Assembly (NCBI GenBank): GCA_964499205.1
Contig: CAZCJX010000001.1
Location: 52,969-116,968, forward strand
Reading direction: 5' to 3'
Length of the DNA: 64,000 nucleotides
Source of the DNA: an uncultured Actinomycetes bacterium
Lineage (GTDB): Bacteria > Chloroflexota > Dormibacteria > Aeolococcales > Aeolococcaceae
The position numbers and the translations under genes were made by a program. The notes beneath the pieces are model-generated. The model searched no databases, had not been told where the DNA came from, and saw only the letters and a program-made list of their open reading frames with translations. Of this stretch, positions 35,873-44,146 are shown one piece after another (the stretch's first letter is position 1; every line of letters begins with the position of its first letter).

Positions 35873-37969
35873 GTGAGCATCGATCCCCTCGCGCTGCCCC
35901 GGCGTGCCGTCGCCTGGGACGACGGCAGTGCGCCGCCGGACGAGGTCGGGCAGCTCCTCTACCGCAGCAACCTGCTCGGCGCTGACCTGCGGGTCACCAA
36001 CTACGCGGGCGGCAACACCAGCTGCAAGGTCGCCGGCGTCGATCCGGTCACCGGCGAGGCCATCACCCAGCTGTGGATCAAGGGCTCCGGCGGCGACCTG
36101 GGCACGCTGCGGCGCGAGGGGCTGGCGGTGCTCGACACCGCTCGCGTCCGCGCCCTGGAGCGGGGCTACCGCGGCGTCGAACACGAGGACGAGCAGGCGG
36201 GGCTGCTCGCCGCCTGCGCCTGCGCGCCCGGCGCCGCGCCCTCCATCGACACGCCGCTGCACGCGCTGCTGCCGGCTGCCCACGTCGACCACGTCCATCC
36301 CGACGCGGTGATCGCCCTGGCCACCGCCGCCGGCGGGCGGCAGCTGGTCGAGGAGGTGTACGGCGGCGAGCTGGGTTGGCTGGACTGGCAGCGCCCCGGG
36401 TTCGACCTGGCCCTGCGCCTGCGCGACCTGGTGGGGCAGCGGCCCGGCCCGCGCGGCGTGGTGCTCGGCGGGCACGGGCTGATCTGCTGGGCCGACACCT
36501 CGCGCGCCTGCTACGAGAACACCCTCGACATCGTCGAGCGCGCGCAGGCGCACATCGAGCGCGTCCACGCGGCAAGTGGGGCCGCGCCGTTCGGGGCGCG
36601 TCGCGTCGCCGATCTCGACGCCGGCGCGCGCACTGCGCAGGCGGCTCGCCTGCTGCCCCTGCTGCGCGGGCTGTGCAGCGGCGCCCGCCCGCCCGTCATG
36701 CACTTTCGCGACGACCCGCAGGTCCTCGAGTTCATCGGGTCGGAGCGCGTCGCCGCGCTCGCCGCGGAGGGGACGTCGTGCCCCGACCACTTCCTGCGCA
36801 CCAAGCGCAATCCGCTGCTGCTCGACCTGCCGCCCGACGCCGACCCGCTGGCGTCCCGGGCGCGCGTGGAGGCGGCGCTCGACGCCTACCGCGAGAGCTA
36901 CGCGTCGTACTACGCGCGCTTCGCCACCGCCGACTCCCCGCCGATGCGCAGCGCCGATCCCGTGGTGGTGCTCTGGCCCGGCGTCGGCATGGCCACCCTG
37001 GCGGCGTCGAAGCGCGAGGCGCGCATCGCCGCGGAGTTCTACGTCAACGCCATCGCGGTGATGCGCGGCGCCAGCATCCTGGGCGGGCCCGCCGGCTACC
37101 GCGGGCTCGACGAGGCCGAGGCATTCCGCATCGAGTACTGGGCGCTGGAGGAGGCCAAGCTGCGCCGCATGCCGCCGCCCCGGCCGCTGAGCGGGCGCGT
37201 GGCCATGGTCACCGGCGGCAGCGGCGGCATCGGCCGGGCGCTGGCCCGCCGGCTCAGCGCCGACGGCGCCTGCGTGGTGGTCGCCGACCTCGACCTCGGC
37301 GAGGCCGAGCGGGTCGCCGCCGAGCTGGGCGAGCAGGGATTGGGTGTCGCCTGCGACGTCGGCGACGAGGCCGCGGTGGAGCGCGCCTTCGCCGCCGCCG
37401 CGCTGCGCTTCGGCAGCGTCGACGTTCTGGTCAACAATGCCGGCATCTCGGTGTCGCGCCCGCTGCTCGAGCACAGCGTCGAGGACTACGAGCGCCTGCA
37501 CCGGGTCATCGACCGCGGCTCCTTCCTGATGAGCCGCGCCTTCGCCCGCCAGGCCATCCTCCACGGCAGCGGCGGCGACATCGTCTACGTCGTCTCCAAG
37601 AACGCGGTCTCGGCGCAGCCCGACAACGTCGGCTACGCCAGCGCCAAGGCGGCGCAGCTGCACCAGATGCGCGTGCTCGCCGCCGAGCTGGGCGAGCATC
37701 GCATCCGGGTCAACGCGGTCAACCCCGACGCCGTGGTGCAGGGCTCCAAGATCTTCGCCGGCGGCTGGGGCGCCGACCGCGCCGCCAAGTACGGTGTCAG
37801 CCCGGAGCGCCTCGGCGAGTTCTACGCGCAGCGCACCGTGCTGCGCCGCGAGGTCCTGCCCGAGGACGTCGCCGCCGCCGTCGCCGTTCTCATCGGGGGC
37901 GAGCTGGGCAAGACCACCGGCGCTGTCATCCCCGTCGACGGGGGCGTCGCCGCGGCCTTCCTGCGCTGA
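35873..37969 (+). CDS. rhaEW: bifunctional rhamnulose-1-phosphate aldolase / SDR-type L-lactaldehyde dehydrogenase
   Basis: 698 aa. N-terminal class II aldolase/adducin domain (NYAGGNTSCK). C-terminal SDR (VTGGSGGIGRA, YASAKAA). Confidence 0.85.
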   Translation: MSIDPLALPRRAVAWDDGSAPPDEVGQLLYRSNLLGADLRVTNYAGGNTSCKVAGVDPVTGEAITQLWIKGSGGDLGTLRREGLAVLDTARVRALERGYRGVEHEDEQAGLLAACACAPGAAPSIDTPLHALLPAAHVDHVHPDAVIALATAAGGRQLVEEVYGGELGWLDWQRPGFDLALRLRDLVGQRPGPRGVVLGGHGLICWADTSRACYENTLDIVERAQAHIERVHAASGAAPFGARRVADLDAGARTAQAARLLPLLRGLCSGARPPVMHFRDDPQVLEFIGSERVAALAAEGTSCPDHFLRTKRNPLLLDLPPDADPLASRARVEAALDAYRESYASYYARFATADSPPMRSADPVVVLWPGVGMATLAASKREARIAAEFYVNAIAVMRGASILGGPAGYRGLDEAEAFRIEYWALEEAKLRRMPPPRPLSGRVAMVTGGSGGIGRALARRLSADGACVVVADLDLGEAERVAAELGEQGLGVACDVGDEAAVERAFAAAALRFGSVDVLVNNAGISVSRPLLEHSVEDYERLHRVIDRGSFLMSRAFARQAILHGSGGDIVYVVSKNAVSAQPDNVGYASAKAAQLHQMRVLAAELGEHRIRVNAVNPDAVVQGSKIFAGGWGADRAAKYGVSPERLGEFYAQRTVLRREVLPEDVAAAVAVLIGGELGKTTGAVIPVDGGVAAAFLR

Positions 37970-38067
37970 GGTTCCGGCGCGGCCTGCACGTGCCCTGCTC
38001 ACCTCAATACTGGGTGGGTCGACGGTCCCTGGTGGCTGGCGCTGCACCGCCGTAGCATCCGGGCACC

Positions 38068-39252
38068 ATGGCGCAGCTCGATCGCAGCGTGGGACGTGAG
38101 GCGACGGGGGCGCAGGACGGGCGGCTGGCGCGCGAGCGGTTGCTCGAAGCCTTCGAGGTGGCGTACCTGGCGGGGGAGATGATCCGCGGCGAGGCGGCTG
38201 CCCCGATGCTCACCCTGGCCGAGGCGCTGCTGCGCGACGTCGGCAGGCCGACCCTCGGTGACCTGCTGCTGCACGGGTTCGTCACCCTCCACCGCCACGG
38301 CCACGCCGCCGCGGCGCCCTCACTGCGGCAGGCCGCCACGCGCGTCGCCCGCCTCTCCGCCGCCGACGTGCCGGACGCCGAGACGCTGCGCTGGTCCTCG
38401 CTGGGCGCGCTGGCGGCGCATGCGCTGTGGGACGTCGAGCTCTCCGCCAGGGTCGCCCGTCGCTGGGTGGCCGCGGCGCGGCAGGCCGGAGCAGTGCGCG
38501 CCCTGCCCGCCGCGCTGGCGCACCTCAGCTGGATCGAGATGGAGGAGGGCGACTTCGACGCCGCCGGCCGCGCCCTCGATGCCAGCGCCGAGGCGGCGAA
38601 GGCGATCCGCGGGGCGGCGGATCGCACGGCGTGGCCGCGGCTCATGCTCCTGGCCCGGCGCGGCCGGGAGGCCGAGGCGCGTGCAGCGGCCGAGGCGATG
38701 CGGCGCGAGGCCACCGCAGAGCTCGCCTGCCGCGCGCGATACCGCATCGCCTACGCGCTCGTGCCCCTGGAGCTCGGGCTGGGCAGATACGAGGCCGCGC
38801 GCGCTGGTGCCGCGATCGTCTTCGACAACGACCCCCGCTACGTCGGCAGCTGGGTGCTCGCCGACCACGTCGAGGCCGCGGTGCGGAGCGGCAACCGTGA
38901 GGAGGCCGCGCGCGTCCTCGCCCGCCTGGAGGAGCGCGCCGCCGTCGCCGCCACGGACCATGCGCGCGGGCTGCTGCACCGAAGCCGAGCGCTGCTCGCC
39001 GCTGAGGGCGACGCGGAGCAGCTCTACCGCGAGGCGATCGACTGCCTGCAGCCCACGGCGGCGACTCCGGAGCTGGCCCGCAGCCATCTCCTCTACGGCG
39101 AGTGGCTGCTACGGCGACAGCGCCGGCGTGACGCGCGGGAGCAGCTGTGCCGTGCCCACCGGCTGCTCAGCGACATCGGCGCGGAGGCGTTCGCCGAGCG
39201 TGCCCGCGCCGGGCTCAGTACAGCACGACCAGGCGATCGTCGACGTCGGTGA
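38068..39252 (+). pseudogene. remnant of a LuxR/LAL (MalT-like) regulator: TPR core only, with no AAA ATPase domain and no C-terminal HTH
   Basis: Ala/Arg/Leu-rich helical repeats ending ...LLYGEWLLRRQRRRDAREQLCRAHRLLSDIGAEAFAERARAGL. Full-length members continue from this point into a LuxR HTH. Here the frame runs into the antisense of the BON gene and stops. Confidence 0.55.
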
Positions 39253-39862
39253 CCCCGGGTGCCGACCACGCCGCCGACACCGCCTCGTCGTGCTCCGCCC
39301 ACGACGGCACGGTGCCCTCGAGGCGCACGGTGCCGCCGGTGGTCTCCACGGTGATCTGGTTGGCATCGAGCCGCGCGCTGCGCTGGAAGGCGTCGCCGAT
39401 CGCCCGCTTGACGTCGGCGGCGGGAACGGTCCGCTTCAGGTCGATGTTCTCGGTGACCTCGTACACGCCGGCGATGCGCGAGGCGACCGTGTAGGCCTCC
39501 TGGCGTTGGTACTGCCAGTCGACGCTGCCGGAGAGAGTGACTCGCCCGTCGCGCACCTTGACCTCGACGGTGTCCGGCACCAGGCTGTCGAGGGCCAGCG
39601 CCTGCAGCACCGCATCGCGCAGGTCGGCGTCGTCGCGGCGCTGGTCGCTGAACAGGTGCACCTCCAGCTTGTTCTCCACGCCGGCCACGCCGCGGACCCG
39701 CTGCGCCGCATGCCCGGCGTCGTTCTTCTCGCGGAAGCTGCCCACCGTGCCGCGCAGGGTGACCACGCCGTCAGCGGCGGACACCGCGATCTTCTGGTTG
39801 TGGATCTTCGGGTCCCAGTACAGCTCAGCGCTGACCGCGCGTTCCAGCTCCTCGTTGGTCAT
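39215..39862 (-). CDS. BON-domain (OsmY-like) protein, three BON repeats
   Basis: ATG 39862 after GAGGG. The pattern V.V.V.DG.VTL.G.V appears three times. Confidence 0.8.
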   Translation of the reverse strand: MTNEELERAVSAELYWDPKIHNQKIAVSAADGVVTLRGTVGSFREKNDAGHAAQRVRGVAGVENKLEVHLFSDQRRDDADLRDAVLQALALDSLVPDTVEVKVRDGRVTLSGSVDWQYQRQEAYTVASRIAGVYEVTENIDLKRTVPAADVKRAIGDAFQRSARLDANQITVETTGGTVRLEGTVPSWAEHDEAVSAAWSAPGVTDVDDRLVVLY

Positions 39863-39885
39863 GACATGCCCTCGTGTCGTCCACC

Positions 39886-39909
39886 CGGTGCCAGGGCGGC
39901 GCACCCGAA
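39886..39909 (-). terminator. perfect 10-bp stem / 4-nt loop hairpin between hdeD-like and BON genes
   Basis: GCGGCGCACC-cgaa-GGTGCGCCGC. No U-tract follows, so it may be an I-shaped terminator or a processing/attenuation element. Confidence 0.45.
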
Positions 39910-39944
39910 GGTGCGCCGCCGCTGGCTTGCCTGCGTTCTCGACG

Positions 39945-40541
39945 TCAGGGCTGGTGCGACAGGACCAGCCGTGCCTCGCGAACCCGCGAACGAGCCTGGA
40001 ACCCGGCGACGACGAAGATCACGCCGTAGATGATCATCCAGACGCCGAGCACCCAGGTCAGCGCCACGATCGAGATGCCGGGGACGGCGAGCACGATCGA
40101 CCCGGCGATGATGCCCAGGATCCCGTTGACGATGGTCCAGCCGCGGTGGGGCAGAGCCGTGTAGTCGATGCCGATGAACAGCTCCAGGACGCCGTGGAAG
40201 ATCCAGAAGATCCCGATGAGGAAGGCCAGCAGCACCAGGCTCAGGACTGGGTGCCCGAGGAGGTACACGCCGACGGCCAGCGAGAAGACGGCGAGGAGCG
40301 CGTACAGGGCTCGCAACCAGCCGTTCTCCATGGGGACGGTGAATGCACCGACGAAGCGGAAGATCCCCGAGAAGATGAGCCAGAGGCCGAAGGCCAGGGC
40401 GATCACCAGCAGGGTCTCCCTGGTGAAGGCCAGGACGGCGGCACCGGCGAGGATGCCGATGACGCCGAAGGCGACCAGCCACCCCCATGCGCCGCCGACC
40501 GCCTTCAGCACGTCGTTGAGGTCTTCGCGTACTTGGAACAT
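39945..40541 (-). CDS. HdeD/DUF308-family membrane protein
   Basis: ATG 40541 after AAGGGGA. Six hydrophobic segments with repeated G..GI..G / G..W.I..G patterns typical of DUF308. Confidence 0.75.
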   Translation of the reverse strand: MFQVREDLNDVLKAVGGAWGWLVAFGVIGILAGAAVLAFTRETLLVIALAFGLWLIFSGIFRFVGAFTVPMENGWLRALYALLAVFSLAVGVYLLGHPVLSLVLLAFLIGIFWIFHGVLELFIGIDYTALPHRGWTIVNGILGIIAGSIVLAVPGISIVALTWVLGVWMIIYGVIFVVAGFQARSRVREARLVLSHQP

Positions 40542-40844
40542 GCTCTTGTCCCCTTGATGGTCTGAACGCGTCTGCCGCACCGGCTGCACACGGTTCGTCG
40601 GCCGCCCCGTGCCGCGAGGACGACCAGCCGGTCATGGGTCAATCCTCGCCGTCGCTCGCCGTCGCAGACAGGGTCATTTGGCCTGACTTGCGAGGCACAG
40701 GCCATTCGACCCTTACGGCCGCTCCCCGTGCCGCGCTAGCCTCGCGGCGCAGGCGCCCGCCTGGGCGCCAGGTCCGGATCGAGGGTGTCACATGGCCAGG
40801 CAGTCCGCTCCTCCGCCGAGGCAACCCGCGCCCGCGGCGTGACC

Positions 40845-43217
40845 ATGGCCGTCGCTGTCCCTTCCGGCGCCGGACGCACGCGTGCTGAGGGCCTGACCGC
40901 GGCCGAGGTGCGCGCCCGCGTCGAGCGGGGACAGACCAACGCGGTGCCGCAGCGGACCAGCCGGACGGTCGGCGACATCGTCCGCGCCAACCTGCTGACC
41001 CGCTTCAACGTCATCCTGGTGATCCTGCTGGCGGCGATCCTCGCCGTCGGCGATTACCGCGACTCGTTGTTTGGCATCGTGCCGACCGTCAACGCGCTGA
41101 TCGGCATCGTCCAGGAGCTTCGCGCCCGGCGCACCCTGGAACGGCTCGCGCTACTTCACGCGCCGCACGCCACGGTGGTCCGGGACGGGGCGGGCAGCGT
41201 CGTCGCCGTCGACGACGTGGTGCTCGACGACATCCTCGAGGTCGCCAGCGGCGACCAGGTGGTTGCCGACGGCGTGGTCACCGACTCGACCGGCCTGCAG
41301 GTCGACGAGTCGCTGATCAGCGGCGAGGCCGACCCGGTCGACAAGCAACCCGGCGACCGCGTGCTCTCGGGCAGCTTCGCCGTCGCCGGCCGCGGGCGTT
41401 TCCAGGCGACCGCCGTGGGCGCCGGCGCCTACGCGCACGGCCTCGCCGCCGAGGCGCGCACCTACACGGTGGTGCACTCCGATCTCCGTGACGGCATCAA
41501 CCGAATCCTGCAGTACGCCACCTATGCGCTGGTCCCCACCGGTGCCCTGCTCATCCTCAGCCAGATCGACACCGGCGTGGGCGTGCGCGACACGGTCAGC
41601 GGCGTGGTGGCGGCGCTCACCGCCATGGTCCCGCAGGGCCTGGTCCTGCTCACCAGCATCGCCTTCACCGTGGCGGCGCTGAACCTCGCCCGGCGGCAGG
41701 CGCTGGTCCAGGAGCTGCCCGCTGTGGAAGGCCTGGCCCGGGTCGACGTGCTCTGTATGGACAAGACGGGGACGTTGACCGACGGCAGCATTCGCTTCGC
41801 CGGCGTCGAGCCGCTGGCCGACGACATGCCGGTGGAAACAGCGCTGGCCGCGCTCGCGTCGGCGACCAACCCCAATGCGACGCTGTCCGCCATCGCCAGC
41901 GCCTACCCGCAGGACCCGGGATGGCGCCGCACCGGCGAGGTGGCGTTCTCGTCGGCGCGCAAGTGGAGCGCGGCCGCATTCGACGGCCACGGTACGTGGG
42001 TCATCGGTGCGCCGGAGATGGTGATGGCGCGCGGCGACGACACCACGGCGCTGGCCCGTGCCGCCGAGCTCGCCGCCGGCGGCAGGCGCGTCCTCCTGCT
42101 CGGCTGCACCGACGCGCCCCTCCAGGGCAACGACCTGCCCGACGGCATCCGGGCCGCCGCCCTGGTGCTGCTGGAGGAGCATCTGCGCGACGACGCCGCC
42201 GACACGATCGCCTACTTCGCCGCGCAGGGGGTGGCGATCAAGCTGATCTCGGGCGACAGTCCCCGCACTCTCGCGGTCATCGCGGAGCAGGTGCACATCG
42301 ACGGCGCCGGTGACGCGGTCGACGCGCGGCAGCTCGACGGTGATGCGGCCGCGCTCGGCTCGGCGCTGGAGGCACACACGCTGTTCGGCCGGGTGATGCC
42401 GCGGCAGAAGCAGGAGATGGTGCGCGCGCTGCAGGCCGGCGGCCACACTGTGGCGATGACCGGCGACGGCGTCAACGACGTCCTCGCCCTCAAGAGCGCC
42501 GACATCGGCATCGCCATGGGATCGGGCGCACCGGCGACGCGCGCGGTGGCCCAGCTGGTGCTCCTCGACGGCCGCTTCGCGTCGCTGCCGGGTGCGGTCG
42601 CCGAGGGACGTCGCGTCGCCGCCAACGTCGAGCGCGTCGCCAACCTGTTCGTCACCAAGTCGGTGTGGGCGACGCTGCTGGCGGTCAGCATCGCGCTTGC
42701 CCGCTGGCCCTACCCGTTCCTGCCGCGCCACATCTCGATCATCGACACGCTGACCATCGGCGTTCCCGCCTTCTTCCTCGCCGTGGTGCCCAACCCGCGG
42801 CGGTACATCCCCGGCTTCGTCGACCGGGTGCTGCACTTCACCATCCCCGTGGGCTTCCTGGTCGCGGCGACGGCGTTCATTGCGTACGCGCTGGCGCGGG
42901 GCGCCGACGTCCCGCTGATCCAGCAGCGCACCGCCGCGACCATCGTGACCCTGGCGATGAGCCTGGGCGTCCTGGTGCTGCTCACGCCGCCGTGGACGGT
43001 GGTCCGAATACTGCTCGTGGCCGGTGTCTGGGCGGCGTTCGTCACGCTGTTCGTCGTCGAGCCGCTGCGCCACTTCCTCGCCCTCGAAGTTCCCCGCAGC
43101 GTGCTCCTCCCCATAGTGGTCGTCGCCGTGGTGGGGCTGGCTTTTCTCACCGGCGGCTGGGCGATCTCTCGGCGGCTCGGTCGCGGGCCGGCCGCGGCGG
43201 TGGACCGCGGCCGGTGA
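40845..43217 (+). CDS. cation-transporting P-type ATPase (P2-like, CtpE/CtpF-like)
   Basis: DKTGTLT phosphorylation site, TGES-region SGEADP, MTGDGVNDVLALK hinge. TM4 motif reads VPQGL. Start is ATG 40845 (ATG 40785 is the alternative). Confidence 0.85.
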   Translation: MAVAVPSGAGRTRAEGLTAAEVRARVERGQTNAVPQRTSRTVGDIVRANLLTRFNVILVILLAAILAVGDYRDSLFGIVPTVNALIGIVQELRARRTLERLALLHAPHATVVRDGAGSVVAVDDVVLDDILEVASGDQVVADGVVTDSTGLQVDESLISGEADPVDKQPGDRVLSGSFAVAGRGRFQATAVGAGAYAHGLAAEARTYTVVHSDLRDGINRILQYATYALVPTGALLILSQIDTGVGVRDTVSGVVAALTAMVPQGLVLLTSIAFTVAALNLARRQALVQELPAVEGLARVDVLCMDKTGTLTDGSIRFAGVEPLADDMPVETALAALASATNPNATLSAIASAYPQDPGWRRTGEVAFSSARKWSAAAFDGHGTWVIGAPEMVMARGDDTTALARAAELAAGGRRVLLLGCTDAPLQGNDLPDGIRAAALVLLEEHLRDDAADTIAYFAAQGVAIKLISGDSPRTLAVIAEQVHIDGAGDAVDARQLDGDAAALGSALEAHTLFGRVMPRQKQEMVRALQAGGHTVAMTGDGVNDVLALKSADIGIAMGSGAPATRAVAQLVLLDGRFASLPGAVAEGRRVAANVERVANLFVTKSVWATLLAVSIALARWPYPFLPRHISIIDTLTIGVPAFFLAVVPNPRRYIPGFVDRVLHFTIPVGFLVAATAFIAYALARGADVPLIQQRTAATIVTLAMSLGVLVLLTPPWTVVRILLVAGVWAAFVTLFVVEPLRHFLALEVPRSVLLPIVVVAVVGLAFLTGGWAISRRLGRGPAAAVDRGR

Positions 43218-43268
43218 CACCGCGGCATCCGCGGTGCCACCGGCTTCACGGTGACTTGGGCGTGGCGG

Positions 43269-43691
43269 TCAGGCGACGCTGGCGTCCGCGACGACTCGCG
43301 CGTCGATGGCTTCGAGCACCGCCTCGTCGGCCGCGTCGATCGCATACAGCGCGAAGTCGACCGCGGCCATGGCGTTCTCCTCGGCGCGGTCGGCGCGTCG
43401 CTGCGCGGCCTTGGCGTCGTGCTTCTCGCGGCGCTCGTCGAGGTCGCGATGGATCTTGTCGACGTTCTCGCGCACCCCGGCCTGGAGGGCCGTCCAGCGG
43501 TTGCTCACCTCCTTGCTCGCCTGGTCCGCCTGGGCCTTGGCGGCGGTGCCGTGCTTCTGCGCGTCGGCCTTCACCTTGGCGATGCGGGCTTCGAGCTGCT
43601 CGTGGCTCTCCTTGCGTGCGGCCGCGGCATTGTCCTCCGCGGTCTTGGCACGAACGGACATGTCGGACAGCATGTCGGACAGTGGACGCAT
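43269..43691 (-). CDS. hypothetical Ala/Lys/Glu-rich coiled-coil protein
   Basis: ATG 43691 after GAGGAG. 140 aa predicted all-helical, with high GC3. No recognisable family. Confidence 0.55.
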   Translation of the reverse strand: MRPLSDMLSDMSVRAKTAEDNAAAARKESHEQLEARIAKVKADAQKHGTAAKAQADQASKEVSNRWTALQAGVRENVDKIHRDLDERREKHDAKAAQRRADRAEENAMAAVDFALYAIDAADEAVLEAIDARVVADASVA

Positions 43692-43789
43692 GGCGTTCAA
43701 CTCCTCGTCGTCGCGTGGATACGCCTCTGTTGGGGGGCGGCTCATCGGAGCCGATGACTCATTCTGGAGACGGCCCACATCGCGTACCA

Positions 43790-43803
43790 GGGACATTGGT
43801 CCC
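43790..43803. promoter_or_regulatory. GGGAC-ATTG-GTCCC inverted repeat (DosR/DevR-box-like core)
   Basis: Lies in the intergenic region about 100 nt upstream of the coiled-coil gene (- strand) and upstream of the small ORF and Nramp-related gene (+ strand). Confidence 0.35.
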
Positions 43804-43901
43804 GGTTTCCCGCGCTCTCGACGCTCTGAGTACATCGCGTCGATGATGCAGGGATGCGACCCGACGGCGACGGCGACGGCGACGACGACGCCACCACCGA
43901 G

Positions 43902-44069
43902 ATGGCGCGCCTGATGTCCGAGGAGGAGGACGCCCGCAAGGGAGGCCTGCCGGTCGATGCCGATCTCCCCCCACCCGACCGCCGCTCGATGCTGTCGCGC
44001 TGGCTGGACTGGCTGGGGGGCCGGTCGGCCTACCCGCGCCGCAGGCGGGACGGCCGCCGCCAGCGATGA
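43902..44069 (+). CDS. possible small basic protein (55 aa), uncertain
   Basis: High third-position GC in frame (MARLMSEEEDARKGGLPVDADLPPPDRRSMLSRWLDWLGG...). No SD, no family. Confidence 0.25.
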   Translation: MARLMSEEEDARKGGLPVDADLPPPDRRSMLSRWLDWLGGRSAYPRRRRDGRRQR

Positions 44070-44073
44070 ATCA

Positions 44074-44085
44074 TGTCATTGTCAC
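44074..44085 (+). promoter_or_regulatory. tandem direct repeat TGTCAT-TGTCAC overlapping a CACTAT -10-like box upstream of the Nramp-related gene
   Basis: The only AT-rich patch in the 44070-44146 spacer. Confidence 0.3.
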
Positions 44086-44146
44086 TATGGGGTAACGTGA
44101 GAGCGTCGCTGTCCACCCGCGCCCGCAGCCCGGCACGAGGTGCCGC

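Noticed and set aside
40785-40844. Upstream start (ATG 40785) for the P-type ATPase, and small ORFs at 40634-40888 and 40639-40824
   Set aside because: The first 20 aa of the long version are not part of the conserved ATPase N-terminus. The small ORFs overlap the repeat and hairpin region and have no coding signature. I retained ATG 40845, but the start remains uncertain.
44070-44146. Possible Mn2+ (yybP-ykoY) or other riboswitch upstream of the Nramp-related gene
   Set aside because: The spacer is only 77 nt, and I cannot recognise the conserved riboswitch core or a convincing multi-helix fold. The transporter also lacks the Mn-type binding site.
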